Virus record (IMG/VR): IMGVR_UViG_3300028920_001037
Location: 11,063 to 75,062 of that record
From: a virus
Direction: 5' to 3' (one strand)
Length of the DNA: 64,000 bases
Shown: positions 1-9,873 of the stretch, one piece after another
Position numbering within the stretch: position 1 is the first letter of the stretch
Layout: every line of letters begins with the position of its first letter
Translations under genes and position numbers: made by a program
The notes under the pieces: generated by a model
Seen by the model: only the letters and a program-made list of their open reading frames with translations
Told to the model about the DNA's origin: nothing
Databases searched by the model: none

Positions 1-328
1 CTTGAGCGTCTGCACCAAAAGCTATTTGAGTTAATGTATCTGGCATCTTATCCATTATCTTTTTGAATGTATCAAAAGACATATTAATTCCGTTAGGATT
101 ATTACTTTTGTAACAGAAAGGGCATAACTTTCCACCGGGTCCAGCACATTTAGTTGTAACTTCAATATCTAGAATCTCTGCACCGAATTCACAGAAGTCT
201 GGATCTCTTTCCTTTGTACTTCCCCAACGAGCAAATATACCATTCTTCTTATTGAATACATAATTATATTCGGGTGAAGAAAGAATTTTATAAGTTTTAT
301 TTTCTTTAATCTCGTAAGTTGTTTCCAT
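1..328 (-). CDS. Radical SAM protein, N-terminal part (runs off the window edge)
   Basis: Hand translation from ATG at 328: METTYEIK...EILDIEVTTKCAGPGGKLCPFCYKSNN...QIAFGAD; Cys triad C-x7-C-x2-C; not in the ORF track because truncated. Confidence 0.75.
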   Translation of the reverse strand, partial: METTYEIKENKTYKILSSPEYNYVFNKKNGIFARWGSTKERDPDFCEFGAEILDIEVTTKCAGPGGKLCPFCYKSNNPNGINMSFDTFKKIMDKMPDTLTQIAFGADAQ

Positions 329-596
329 ACTTAACTTCCTCATGTCTTGTATCATAAATTTCAAAATCTAACAGTTTATGTCTTGGTGTAGTAATTAACA
401 GAAATAGACCATCATGGTCACCTTTCCAATTAATATCAATGTCTATCCTAAGTAGTCCAAATCCTGTGTGCAATCGAAAACATTTCTTAGTGATAGTTAT
501 TTCACATCCGAAATTATAAACCGGATATTCATCCCAATTTTTTTCCGAACATATTTCTACATGACAATTTTTACTAACTGGAAAATCAATATTCAT
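306..596 (-). CDS. Hypothetical protein
   Basis: 96-aa ORF coupled to the pncB stop; no motif recognised. Confidence 0.5.
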   Translation of the reverse strand: MNIDFPVSKNCHVEICSEKNWDEYPVYNFGCEITITKKCFRLHTGFGLLRIDIDINWKGDHDGLFLLITTPRHKLLDFEIYDTRHEEVKYGNNLRD

Positions 597-1843
597 TAAT
601 AAACCGTCTCCACATCTGTTTGTTCAGGTTGAAAAATGCTCTGATACATTTGTATATAAGCTGGAGTTCCTGTTGCTTTCTTAATGTTATCGCTAAGCTT
701 AACTGTTTGTTCTTCATTGACACCAGTTGCTTTAATAACTATACTTAATGGTTTAATTCCAACAGAATTTGTAAGATCTGTTCCCCAACCGAAATATACT
801 TTAAACTTATCTTTAAACTCTTCTTGTATTTTAACCATCTTATCTACATTCAAACCATCCGAAAAGATAACCTTTTTCGTTTTAGTATCTATTCCGAACT
901 TCTTATAATGTTCAATCATTTTATAACCGAACTTAATTGGGTCGCCCGAATCTTGTCTAACACCTACACATTTAGTTGCAAGTTCTTCGTCAAAGTCTTT
1001 AAGGAAAGCATTAGTTCCAAACGTATCTGTAAGCATGATACTTAATGGTTCACCATAATAATCATACCATTCGTTCATAGCTTTCTTTTGGGCATCTAAT
1101 AAACTCTTAGAATCAGGAAGAGTTAAACAATCTCCTGCACTTCTTTCATACTCAATAGCTGCCCTAACCATAAAAAATTCATGAGCTTGTGTTCCTATTG
1201 GATTAAGACCAAGTTCTTTAGCCATTAAATAGTTCGATGTTCCCAATATATTATTAGGACATTCATCTCTACAAATTTCAAGAATAGCTTTCTGCCAGTT
1301 ACCCGAATGTCTTCGTCTTGTTCCAAAGTCTATAAACTTAATATCATGTTTTTTAATTATCTTTATTTTTTCTTGAAGCTTTCCAATAGCATCATTTCTC
1401 ATTTTATAAATACAAGTATCGGTTAATCCTTCTAATACCGATCTAGCAAACAGTTCGTTTATGATACCAAGAATCATTGTTTCATATAAAATCGAACATT
1501 GCCAACGATTAGTAAAATGCAAGTTGAGTTTATCATGTTGTAATTGATATGTAAATTCTGTATCATATTTTTGTCTTGCCAACATATTAATAAAATGGTC
1601 TTTATATTCTGGTTGGTTTTTTAAATATGTCAAATCATCATAGCTAAAGCGCAGGCTTTTCATATGATTGATTTGTTCAACTAGTTCATCCATGTCAAGA
1701 AAATTGGCTAGTTTTATTGACATTGTTCTATTACTAAACGAATAAGTAACTTTCTCATTTGGATACAGGTCATTAACAATTTGGCACATTGTTAGTTTAT
1801 ACTTATCCAAATCCAACATGCTATCAATAATAGGTTTATCCAT
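596..1843 (-). CDS. pncB: Nicotinate phosphoribosyltransferase
   Basis: DLDKYKLTM, DFGTRRRHS, GTSN, GTQAHE (phospho-His), LTDTFG, VRQDSGDP, FSDGL, FGWGT, KLSD motifs. Confidence 0.93.
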   Translation of the reverse strand: MDKPIIDSMLDLDKYKLTMCQIVNDLYPNEKVTYSFSNRTMSIKLANFLDMDELVEQINHMKSLRFSYDDLTYLKNQPEYKDHFINMLARQKYDTEFTYQLQHDKLNLHFTNRWQCSILYETMILGIINELFARSVLEGLTDTCIYKMRNDAIGKLQEKIKIIKKHDIKFIDFGTRRRHSGNWQKAILEICRDECPNNILGTSNYLMAKELGLNPIGTQAHEFFMVRAAIEYERSAGDCLTLPDSKSLLDAQKKAMNEWYDYYGEPLSIMLTDTFGTNAFLKDFDEELATKCVGVRQDSGDPIKFGYKMIEHYKKFGIDTKTKKVIFSDGLNVDKMVKIQEEFKDKFKVYFGWGTDLTNSVGIKPLSIVIKATGVNEEQTVKLSDNIKKATGTPAYIQMYQSIFQPEQTDVETVY

Positions 1844-1864
1844 ATAAAAATCCTTTCATATTAT

Positions 1865-1893
1865 AATATAATACAAAATGGGTTAAATGTCAA
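1865..1893 (-). promoter_or_regulatory. Sigma70-type (early) promoter
   Basis: TTGACA-17bp-TATATT upstream of pncB; one of seven matching copies. Confidence 0.8.
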
Positions 1894-1903
1894 GGTAAAT
1901 ATA

Positions 1904-2101
1904 TTAGTTACTTATTTTATTCTTTAGCCAGTAATCTCTAAATATAAAAAGCTTATCAGCAGCTTCATGTAGGTCTGCATCGGTAATTCCGTTGCCAACT
2001 TCGATTAATGTATCTAATACATCTTCAATAATTAGCCGGGCATCATCGTCTGTTAAATTCTTAACATCTTTATTTTTTTCTAAATCAAAAAAATATTTCA
2101 T
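1904..2101 (-). CDS. Hypothetical protein
   Basis: 65-aa ORF with GGAG RBS. Confidence 0.55.
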   Translation of the reverse strand: MKYFFDLEKNKDVKNLTDDDARLIIEDVLDTLIEVGNGITDADLHEAADKLFIFRDYWLKNKISN

Positions 2102-2362
2102 TTATTCTCCAATTGAGAGGTCAATTGTTTTATTAGGGTCATCAATATTAAAATCTTTAATTGGTGGGAACTGAATTAGTTGCAGACTTTCATCTTCAAA
2201 AAAGAAGTTTAGCTTTCCACTTCCATCACCATCAACGCTAATTTTAATATCACGACTAGCTCCCTGTCGGCCAAGACTTTGAATTGCAGAACATACTTTA
2301 AAGAATTCTGCAAGTTCAGTCTTACTACCCATTACAATCATTTTAGCTTTAAGTACATCCAT
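2102..2362 (-). CDS. Hypothetical protein
   Basis: Start reassigned to ATG 2362 (AGGAG RBS upstream); contains VDGDGSG. Confidence 0.55.
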   Translation of the reverse strand: MDVLKAKMIVMGSKTELAEFFKVCSAIQSLGRQGASRDIKISVDGDGSGKLNFFFEDESLQLIQFPPIKDFNIDDPNKTIDLSIGE

Positions 2363-2363
2363 A

Positions 2364-2537
2364 TTATCTCCTAAAATATTTTCTATGTTCTTCTGGCACA
2401 AGTACATGAGAAATAGGTTTAACTATTTCCCCTGCTTCAGTTACTGGTATAGCAACTAATCTTTTAATATTATTAACAATTAAAAGTGTATATAGTTTAT
2501 CATCCCTAGTATCTTTATATACTTTATATCTTTTCAT
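2364..2537 (-). CDS. Small hypothetical protein, possibly leaderless
   Basis: ATG 2537 lies about 7 nt downstream of the -10 box at 2544-2549. Confidence 0.4.
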   Translation of the reverse strand: MKRYKVYKDTRDDKLYTLLIVNNIKRLVAIPVTEAGEIVKPISHVLVPEEHRKYFRR

Positions 2538-2543
2538 ATATAT

Positions 2544-2572
2544 AATATAATACATTATTATTTAAAAGTCAA
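2544..2572 (-). promoter_or_regulatory. Sigma70-type (early) promoter
   Basis: TTGACT-17bp-TATATT. Confidence 0.78.
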
Positions 2573-2581
2573 GTTAAAAAT

Positions 2582-2685
2582 TATAAATATATTAAAGTAG
2601 GGAGACAGATGGTTGCAACCATTTTCTTTGCCTGAACAAAGATTATCTCTACATTAACTTCAATCACCTTTCAGGAGGTATTATG
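2582..2685 (+). ncRNA. Late promoter plus structured 5' leader (three-way junction, kissing loop over the RBS), copy 1
   Basis: TATAAATA 2582-2589; P1 GTAGGGA/TCTCTAC; GAC; P2 AGATGGT/ACCATTT; P3 TCTTTG-CCTGAA-CAAAGA; TTA; P4 ACCT-TTCAGG-AGGT just before ATG 2683. Confidence 0.7.
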
Positions 2686-3588
2686 TTTTCAACAGCGGAT
2701 TTTATTAAAAGAGCTAAACTTATTCATGGTAATAAATATGATTATTCTAAAACTAATCATATCAATTCAAAAACTAAACTTTGTATTATTTGTCCAAAAC
2801 ATAAAGAATTTTGGACTCTTCCACATAATCATTTAAAAGGTCAGGGTTGTCCAAATTGTTACAATGAAATTCGAGGAATCAAATCGAAAATATCTAAAAA
2901 ATTTTTTATTGATTCTTGTAATAAAATTCATAATAACAAATATAAATATGATATAAATACTTTCAATGGAATGACTAGCCGTATTAAAATTAAATGCCCT
3001 ATTCATGGTTTATTTTTTAAAATTGCATATGCTCATTTAACTTCTAAACAGGGTTGCCAAAAATGCTCTTATGAAAGCCAACTAAAACCTTTAAGCAGTT
3101 TTATAACCGAATCTAATAAAATTCATAATAATAAATATAAATATAACAATTTTATTTATTTAGGAGCATTTAAAAAAAGTTATATAACATGTTATATACA
3201 TGGCGATTTTTTACAAGATCCGCATTCACATTTAAAAGGCCATGGTTGCCCAAAATGTAATTCATCTAAAGGTGAATTAGTTGTTGAACAATATTTAAAA
3301 GAACATAATATTAAATTTAAACGTCAATATAAATTTAAAGATTGTAAAGATAAAAAACCTTTACCTTTTGATTTTTATTTGCCTAATTTTAATATATGTA
3401 TCGAATATGATGGTGAACAACATTTTGGTAAATGGTTTACAAAAATAAAAATAGATTTTAATATTATAAAATTACATGATAATATAAAAAACGAATATTG
3501 TAAAAATAATAATATTAAACTAATAAGAATACCTTATACTAAAATAAATAAAATTAATACTATATTATCTAATATAATGAACTATTAA
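2683..3588 (+). mobile_element. Free-standing putative homing endonuclease (repeated C-x-x-H...GCxxC modules plus C-terminal PD-(D/E)XK/Vsr-like domain)
   Basis: Three HxNKYxY...ICPxH...HL..GCPxC repeats; LPFDFYLP..NICIEYDGEQH; LIRIPY; oriented opposite to its neighbours. Confidence 0.8.
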
Positions 3589-4045
3589 AAGCTTTATAAA
3601 ATATATTAATAGCTTTTTGTTTTAACATATCATCAACAGTATCAAAATACCAACTTACCATATTACATATAAAAGGATGCTTTTTATATAGTTCATTATC
3701 GCTTATAAGAATAATAGGTTTCCTAAATTCATACGCAAAAGCTATTTCCATGATAGTTCCTAACATAGGTCTTTCAACACCAAAGTTTTCCATATAAGCT
3801 ATAAACAAATCACATGTTTTAATAGCTATATAATCTTTATCTAATATAGCTTTAGTTGGTACATTAGATGTTAATCCATCTGGTGATACATTATCTTCAC
3901 CATTCAAAGGGTTTAAAAAACAAAGGTCACCATAATTTTTACCTGTATTTTTCCAGTTAGTATAATGTTTAATTACTTTATGGCGCCACTCTCTACATTT
4001 TTCAATATTTTTTCCATCGATTATACCCGCAAGATAAACTTTCAT
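3569..4045 (-). CDS. Nucleoside 2-deoxyribosyltransferase / nucleotide N-glycosidase-like protein
   Basis: VYLAG, WR, LNP, D...I..CD, GT.MEIAFA...KPII. Confidence 0.75.
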   Translation of the reverse strand: MKVYLAGIIDGKNIEKCREWRHKVIKHYTNWKNTGKNYGDLCFLNPLNGEDNVSPDGLTSNVPTKAILDKDYIAIKTCDLFIAYMENFGVERPMLGTIMEIAFAYEFRKPIILISDNELYKKHPFICNMVSWYFDTVDDMLKQKAINIFYKAFNSSLY

Positions 4046-4047
4046 AA

Positions 4048-4572
4048 TTAAAACCTCCTTATATTAACATCGGCTCTTTCAATTGAAGCCTTTACTGTAT
4101 CTTCTAATGTATTATGAATCTTTGGTATACTTACTTTACCAAAACCTTTATCCAACCAAACAGCTTCCCACATAATATCTGAATAACTAATTCTATATGC
4201 ATTATCAGGTCTACCATAAACAACCTTATATAGTTCTCTACCAATCCAATATCCCAGTTCCCAATTAGTTGTAAGTCCAATTAATTCTCTCGTTCTTGGA
4301 ATCCAAAACAAAATACAATTGGCTCTTTTCAATCCATTAAACTCCCAAAGTGGAATCCAAGATTTGTTTTTATCTGATTCAGTTTTACTTACAAACTCGG
4401 GAACAACTAATGAACCGGTGAATCCTTGTCTTTCAAACTCTTCAATAGCAGCGAATCTCCACGAAGTTAAATGGGTTTGGTTACCTCTAACAGTCGGCCC
4501 TGCCAAAAAAATAACCGGACCTTTTACATTTTTAACCTGTTCTTTTGATTGTTCATACCTGAATACATTCAT
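4048..4572 (-). CDS. Nucleoside 2-deoxyribosyltransferase-like protein (second, divergent)
   Basis: IFLAGP, SWR, WE..GL..A..ILFWIPR, TTNWELG. Confidence 0.75.
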   Translation of the reverse strand: MNVFRYEQSKEQVKNVKGPVIFLAGPTVRGNQTHLTSWRFAAIEEFERQGFTGSLVVPEFVSKTESDKNKSWIPLWEFNGLKRANCILFWIPRTRELIGLTTNWELGYWIGRELYKVVYGRPDNAYRISYSDIMWEAVWLDKGFGKVSIPKIHNTLEDTVKASIERADVNIRRF

Positions 4573-5681
4573 TATAACCTCACTCTTGTTTTACTTTCTT
4601 CCCAACCCTGATTAGTTATTTCAACAAATTTTACTTTCTTTCTAAACTCTTCCCAGTTTCTACAACCAGCATAATATGAAACAGCAGATTGTAAATTGCC
4701 AATAATGTTATTAACAATTTCTTTTGTTTCACCTGTATATGGGATTTGACCTGATTCACCTTCAATTGAAATCGCAGTCTTTTCACTTTTAAGTTTACTT
4801 GAAGCTTCCTTACTTGCCATTCCACTATATGAAACCCATCTAATTTCTTTTGGATTCTCTGTTAAATCACCAGCTTCATCTAACTTATCTCCGTTAGAAA
4901 GACTAGTTGAGGCCAGCATCTTTCCCAACATACACATATCTGCACCGGCAGCTATTGCTTTGCATATATCTCCCGGTGTTTCTATTCCACCATCGGCAAT
5001 TAGATATGCTGTATCTTTAACTTTTGCACAATCAAAAACAGAAGTCAATGTAGGTAATCCAAAACCAGTATTAGTTCTTGTTGTACAAATACTGCCACCA
5101 CCAATACCAACTCTTATAAAGTTAGCACCAGCATCCTGTAGTCTTGCATATCCACTCCTTGTAGCAACATTTCCGGCCATGATATTTGTTGTTACCCAAT
5201 TTGGACTGTTTTTTGAAATAAACTTAATAGTTTCAATGCTTGCTTTGGTATCTCCATTTGCAACATCAACAACAAATCCAAAATTATATCTATTGGCATT
5301 TTTATATTCTAATAATCTTTCAATCCATTTTCTCCATTTAGCAACTATTCCAACAGCCAAAAAAACTGTAGGTTGTTGTTCTTCTTTAAATTCACAATCT
5401 TCATAGAATTGGATTTGTTCATTAACATTTGCAAAACATCTATCAATAGTTACTGGTAAATTAAATTCATGTGATAGACATTTAATCATTTTAACACTAC
5501 AAACTTTATCCATTGGTGAATTAATAATTGGCGCCTTTACTATAAAAGATTCACAGTTAGCTGGTAAGAAATCAGAACCATATTTATAGCTTATATCAGC
5601 ATCCGTTAGATGATCTAAATTAGAATTTCTAGGAACCAACAACACATCATTGTACGACAATACTCTACGAATGTCATTCAT
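4572..5681 (-). CDS. GMP reductase / IMP dehydrogenase family (no CBS domains; GMP reductase favoured)
   Basis: YNDVLLVP, SPMD, DVANG, AGNVAT, GIGGGSICTTR (catalytic Cys), IADGGI..GDICKA, YSGMAS; no Arg-Tyr flap dyad seen. Confidence 0.88.
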   Translation of the reverse strand: MNDIRRVLSYNDVLLVPRNSNLDHLTDADISYKYGSDFLPANCESFIVKAPIINSPMDKVCSVKMIKCLSHEFNLPVTIDRCFANVNEQIQFYEDCEFKEEQQPTVFLAVGIVAKWRKWIERLLEYKNANRYNFGFVVDVANGDTKASIETIKFISKNSPNWVTTNIMAGNVATRSGYARLQDAGANFIRVGIGGGSICTTRTNTGFGLPTLTSVFDCAKVKDTAYLIADGGIETPGDICKAIAAGADMCMLGKMLASTSLSNGDKLDEAGDLTENPKEIRWVSYSGMASKEASSKLKSEKTAISIEGESGQIPYTGETKEIVNNIIGNLQSAVSYYAGCRNWEEFRKKVKFVEITNQGWEESKTRVRL

Positions 5682-5683
5682 TT

Positions 5684-5878
5684 TTAATACCCCAATTCTC
5701 TTTCCGATATAAGTGTACGTGCATCATCAAACATTACAGCTAAACTATCATAAACTTCATAATCTTCATCAGAACAATCGTTCATAATTTCATGAACTTC
5801 ATTTCTTTTATTTAAAAGATAACTTTGAACTTCCTGTTTAATTTTTTCAGCGTTTGTCATACTTTTATTTAAATCCAT
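5684..5878 (-). CDS. Hypothetical protein
   Basis: Start reassigned to ATG 5878; abuts the next gene. Confidence 0.45.
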   Translation of the reverse strand: MDLNKSMTNAEKIKQEVQSYLLNKRNEVHEIMNDCSDEDYEVYDSLAVMFDDARTLISERELGY

Positions 5879-6188
5879 GTTTAATAACTCCTTCACCATG
5901 ACAACATTTACAAGTATCATATCCATCAATATCATATGATGATAACACACAATCCGTTGATGTTATTATTATTGTACCTAATGTGCAGTCTGAATTTCCA
6001 ACATTGATAATTTCAAGTTCGCACCAACATATCCCACAACCTTTAAGTTTAAGTAAAACAGATTCATCTATAAAACTACCTTTACCAGATTTTATTGAGT
6101 GTGAATATAACTTCCTATATTGTTTTGGTTTTATATTATTACCATAACATATAGACGATACTTTAAGGTGTTGGTTCATTTCATTCAT
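5865..6188 (-). CDS. Hypothetical Cys-rich protein
   Basis: CGIC and CKCC..EG motifs. Confidence 0.5.
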   Translation of the reverse strand: MNEMNQHLKVSSICYGNNIKPKQYRKLYSHSIKSGKGSFIDESVLLKLKGCGICWCELEIINVGNSDCTLGTIIITSTDCVLSSYDIDGYDTCKCCHGEGVIKHGFK

Positions 6189-6190
6189 AA

Positions 6191-6595
6191 CTAACCTTTC
6201 TCATATGGAAAAACCACCCATTTTGTATTCATCTTAGCATAGAAGTCCGGTTCAATTGGACTATCTTTATGTTTAAAAATGGTAGCTAACTTACATTTAG
6301 TCTTATCAAAGTTAAGTGAATTAATTGTTTCACCTGTATCACAAATGTCATCGACTATCAACATATTATTACATAACCTACAGTTAAGAATCTCTACAAA
6401 TTCTATACCTAATTGATGTGATATGATAGTTGCTGGAAATAAACCTCCACGGGGTATGCCATATACGCAATCAAACTTACTTTTAGATTGTTTGATTTTC
6501 TTTATCAATCTATTAATATAATATATATATTCGTCCCAGTCAAGTAAAAATTTACCTTTACCTCGACTTAGACTTCTTTGTCTGGCATTTTTCAT
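6191..6595 (-). CDS. Type I purine phosphoribosyltransferase (Gpt/Hpt-like)
   Basis: GIPRGG, PRPP loop LIVDDICDTGET, WVVFPYE. Confidence 0.85.
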   Translation of the reverse strand: MKNARQRSLSRGKGKFLLDWDEYIYYINRLIKKIKQSKSKFDCVYGIPRGGLFPATIISHQLGIEFVEILNCRLCNNMLIVDDICDTGETINSLNFDKTKCKLATIFKHKDSPIEPDFYAKMNTKWVVFPYEKG

Positions 6596-7331
6596 TTTGA
6601 ACCTTTAAATTCAATATTTCATCAAAACTATCAGACCAATTCTTTTTACAATAATCAGTTGTTACAAACCATTTAAGCCATCTACGATTAATTTCAGAAG
6701 TTTCAACACGAATATATTTAGGATTACGTTCTAATGTATGTCCAACAAAACCATCTTTGTTTTCGTATTTCTTTCCATTTTTAAACATAAAATATTTCTG
6801 ATGATTATTATATTCTTTTTTGGTTAGAAAATCTTCATCAGTCCATTCACCATAAGTCTTTAAAAACTTTTTGCCGATATTAATTAACAATTCTTCATAA
6901 GTTCTACCATTAGCATCAACACCGTGATACAATTGCCATTCTCTTATGTCATGATATTTTGATAAGTCTTTACCATGAAAAACTACAAAAGACATTTCGC
7001 CCCAGTATTCAACATGGTCAAACTTCCATTTCTCACCATAAATAACTTCATAAGGAACATCAGCATATATTAATGCAGAGAAATCCTTTTCACCTGATTC
7101 TTTTAGTTCCTTATCAAAGTATTTTTTATACTTAGCATAATTCTTTTTATTATAAGGAATATGAATTCCATCCTTACCAGCCCAATGTGAATAACCATGT
7201 TTACAAACTTCTTGTAGACTATGCCACAATAATTGCTCAACTGTATAAACAAGTGAACATGAAGTTGCTGGGTGCTGATTAAGCTTCGACAATATGTTAT
7301 TATATTTTTTACATATCTTTCTAGTAATCAT
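6558..7331 (-). CDS. Hypothetical protein
   Basis: 257-aa ORF in operon; no motif recognised. Confidence 0.6.
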   Translation of the reverse strand: MITRKICKKYNNILSKLNQHPATSCSLVYTVEQLLWHSLQEVCKHGYSHWAGKDGIHIPYNKKNYAKYKKYFDKELKESGEKDFSALIYADVPYEVIYGEKWKFDHVEYWGEMSFVVFHGKDLSKYHDIREWQLYHGVDANGRTYEELLINIGKKFLKTYGEWTDEDFLTKKEYNNHQKYFMFKNGKKYENKDGFVGHTLERNPKYIRVETSEINRRWLKWFVTTDYCKKNWSDSFDEILNLKVQNEKCQTKKSKSR

Positions 7332-7579
7332 ATTACATCACCATTTTCCTTTATTTTTAGATCCTCATAATGTGCAAGTATTCTACGTTCAATTTCATTT
7401 GCACATTGTCTTAGTTCTCCAATGAAATTTTTATAGTTATTATAACTTGGTTCAACAGTATCTTGACAGAATTTATATAGAACATAGTTAAGTTTACCAT
7501 CAGGTTTGACACCAGTATGTATCATATTACGAACAACCATATTCATTGTTGGTCTATCTTCTTTTTTAATATATGGCAT
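7328..7579 (-). CDS. Small conserved-type phage protein
   Basis: MPYIKKEDR...G.LNY...YEDLKIKENGDV; AAGGAG RBS before ATG 7579. Confidence 0.65.
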   Translation of the reverse strand: MPYIKKEDRPTMNMVVRNMIHTGVKPDGKLNYVLYKFCQDTVEPSYNNYKNFIGELRQCANEIERRILAHYEDLKIKENGDVI

Positions 7580-7598
7580 ATTAACTCCTTTCAATTAT

Positions 7599-7627
7599 AA
7601 TATAATATATTTCAATAGAAATGTCAA
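7599..7627 (-). promoter_or_regulatory. Sigma70-type (early) promoter
   Basis: TTGACA-17bp-TATATT. Confidence 0.78.
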
Positions 7628-8181
7628 GTGATATGATTTGTTCTAGCAAAATATTTCATTATCAATAATGCTTTAGCACCAAATTTTTTATCTTTTTGTA
7701 ATAGTAATTCTTTAACTTCTCCTTGATTCAATAAGAATTGTTCTATGTCTTCTGAAGCTTCTAAATTATTTATAGACAATTCTCCATTTGCTTTTACAAA
7801 AGCTATAGCAATACTTTCATCTGTAATACCAGGAGAATTAAAAACAAATGGAGTTACCTCATAAATTAACTCAAGGTCTAATCCAGTTTCTTCTTTTAGT
7901 TCTCTCCTAATACAATCTTCAACGGGCTCGTTTTCATCAATGAGTCCAGCAGGGAATCCCCATTCATAATCTTTAATGGAAACCCTAAACTCTTTTATGA
8001 TACATATCTTATTATTATCAGTTTCAGATTCAACAATAGGAATAATCATAACTGCTTTAATATTATTGGGTCTACTAACCCAACTCCATTCTTTATGATT
8101 ACCTTCATTATCTTCATATTGAGTTGAATGAAGCTGAAGATATTTAGATACATTTCTGCAATCGTCTTTCCAAATTTTCAT
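7624..8181 (-). CDS. Nudix hydrolase, ADP-ribose pyrophosphatase-like
   Basis: Nudix box GLIDENEPVEDCIRRELKEETG; EFR and SPG..DE typical of ADPRases. Confidence 0.82.
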   Translation of the reverse strand: MKIWKDDCRNVSKYLQLHSTQYEDNEGNHKEWSWVSRPNNIKAVMIIPIVESETDNNKICIIKEFRVSIKDYEWGFPAGLIDENEPVEDCIRRELKEETGLDLELIYEVTPFVFNSPGITDESIAIAFVKANGELSINNLEASEDIEQFLLNQGEVKELLLQKDKKFGAKALLIMKYFARTNHIT

Positions 8182-8768
8182 CGGTATAATCCATTCTGTT
8201 TAATATATTTTATAACATTTTTATACATAATTTTTTGTTGTAAGTCATTATCATTGTTAGCAATAGCTTCTCTTGCTTGTGTGGATGAATAATCTTTTTT
8301 GTGTTTTTTAAATACAACAGTAGATGGATCCCATTTCAATTCTTCATCATTATAACCTTCACGTTGAAAAACTATAAAAGGAACAGTCTTTAAAAGATCT
8401 TCCCACTTATACCATTTATCAATTTCAATTGCACAATCCATTCCAATAATTACATAAAAGTTTATATGCTTATAAGATTCCATTAAACTTCTTATTGTAT
8501 TATAAAATTTACCATCAGACTTCTTTTGAATTTCATGTAAACAAACCAACATATTATCTTTATGTTTTATTGAACGATAAATCATTTCTATCCTATGAAA
8601 AGAATCAGTAGATATTTTTCCAAGGTTATGAGAGAAACATGGCATAAACCAAACTTGATCAACCAAATCATATGATAAAACTGTTTCTGCAACTTCAACA
8701 TGACTCTTAGTACAAGGGTTAAAAGATCCACCAAAAATACCTACACGTATCTTTTGTTTATTCTTCAT
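8178..8768 (-). CDS. nadD: Nicotinate-nucleotide adenylyltransferase
   Basis: GIFGGSFNPCTKSH (T/HxxH), R..M, IIGMD...I.KWYKW, R.GY, YSST..R, V..YI.QNGLY. Confidence 0.88.
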   Translation of the reverse strand: MKNKQKIRVGIFGGSFNPCTKSHVEVAETVLSYDLVDQVWFMPCFSHNLGKISTDSFHRIEMIYRSIKHKDNMLVCLHEIQKKSDGKFYNTIRSLMESYKHINFYVIIGMDCAIEIDKWYKWEDLLKTVPFIVFQREGYNDEELKWDPSTVVFKKHKKDYSSTQAREAIANNDNDLQQKIMYKNVIKYIKQNGLYR

Positions 8769-9651
8769 TGAAAATATCTTTCCTATTAATTACAATAGGC
8801 CAGTTTCTTTTAAAATGTGTTGCTTTATATCTTTTGATAACTGGATGATTACTATATAGTTCTCTAAAATTAACAAAGCTTTCATAGTCTTCAAGTCTAT
8901 TCTTATACTTCAACCAATCATCCCAAGTAAAACTATCTTGGTCTTTTGTTAACCAAGTTTTTAAAAGCAGATCAACTTCTTCATATGATTTTGCACCAAG
9001 TTGATCTAAATCTGAATTAGAAACACCAAGACCGTCTGTTGGATTTGCTTCAACACAAATTCCTAAAGATGTTATTTTGTCTTGATCTTTTAAACAACTA
9101 TATTCATTAACAACAATCCATCTTGCAACTTCATATACCTCTGTTTTCCAAAGCTGTTGAATCATTCCATAATCTCCAACATCACCACAAAGCGTCCAGA
9201 AACCTAAATAATATTCAGTTAAGTTATCAGTTGAAAGAACTATTCCTTTTTTTACTTGTGCAAGATTATAAAGATAAATCATTCTTAATCTGGCTTTAAT
9301 GTTACCTCTTCTTATCTTGTCGGCTTTAGAATCCCACTCGACACAATCATGTAAATCATCTGTCAATTGATAATAAGAATGTATAAGACTTTGATCTTCC
9401 AAGAAATCGTGACAAAAGGATTCTCCAACTAATTTTGCTCTTTCAATTTCGTCTTGTTTGTTTGACTCAATTGGAAGACTTCTACCAATAAGAGGAATAT
9501 CCAATTCATCACAAACAGGTCTTGCTAATGCACAACATAAAGCTGAATCAATTCCACCAGAAACTCCAATGACTAAAGATTTTATATCATATTTAATAAT
9601 ATAATCCTTTAATTCTTTTTGGATATTTTTAACAACCAGTTCACAATTCAT
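8758..9651 (-). CDS. nadE: NH3-dependent NAD+ synthetase
   Basis: GVSGGIDSA, GNIKARLRM..LY, STDNLTE..LGFWT..GD, KTEV, PTDGL, D.DQLG. Confidence 0.92.
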   Translation of the reverse strand: MNCELVVKNIQKELKDYIIKYDIKSLVIGVSGGIDSALCCALARPVCDELDIPLIGRSLPIESNKQDEIERAKLVGESFCHDFLEDQSLIHSYYQLTDDLHDCVEWDSKADKIRRGNIKARLRMIYLYNLAQVKKGIVLSTDNLTEYYLGFWTLCGDVGDYGMIQQLWKTEVYEVARWIVVNEYSCLKDQDKITSLGICVEANPTDGLGVSNSDLDQLGAKSYEEVDLLLKTWLTKDQDSFTWDDWLKYKNRLEDYESFVNFRELYSNHPVIKRYKATHFKRNWPIVINRKDIFNEE

Positions 9652-9660
9652 ATTAATTTC

Positions 9661-9864
9661 TTACCAATCTTCTGAATGTGTTAAATCAAATTCTTCACCA
9701 CAAGCACACTTAATAGTTTTAATACAACCAAGTCCTGTGGGTGTAAAACAATATGTAAATCTTCCACCAATTGCTCCCTGTTTCATTGGGTCTGCAAACG
9801 GGCAAGTTTTATTATGTTCTTCTTTCCAATCTTGCAGTTCTTTATTATCCATCCGAAATTGCAT
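9661..9864 (-). CDS. Small hypothetical protein
   Basis: GAIGG...FTPTGLG....C.CG. Confidence 0.6.
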   Translation of the reverse strand: MQFRMDNKELQDWKEEHNKTCPFADPMKQGAIGGRFTYCFTPTGLGCIKTIKCACGEEFDLTHSEDW

Positions 9865-9873
9865 ATTAGTTCC

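Noticed and set aside
596-1843. Calling the PRTase a NARP2-type nicotinamide PRTase (NadV)
   Set aside because: Motifs (DKYKLTM, FGTRRR, GTQAHE) and the presence of pncA and nadE fit nicotinate-specific PncB.
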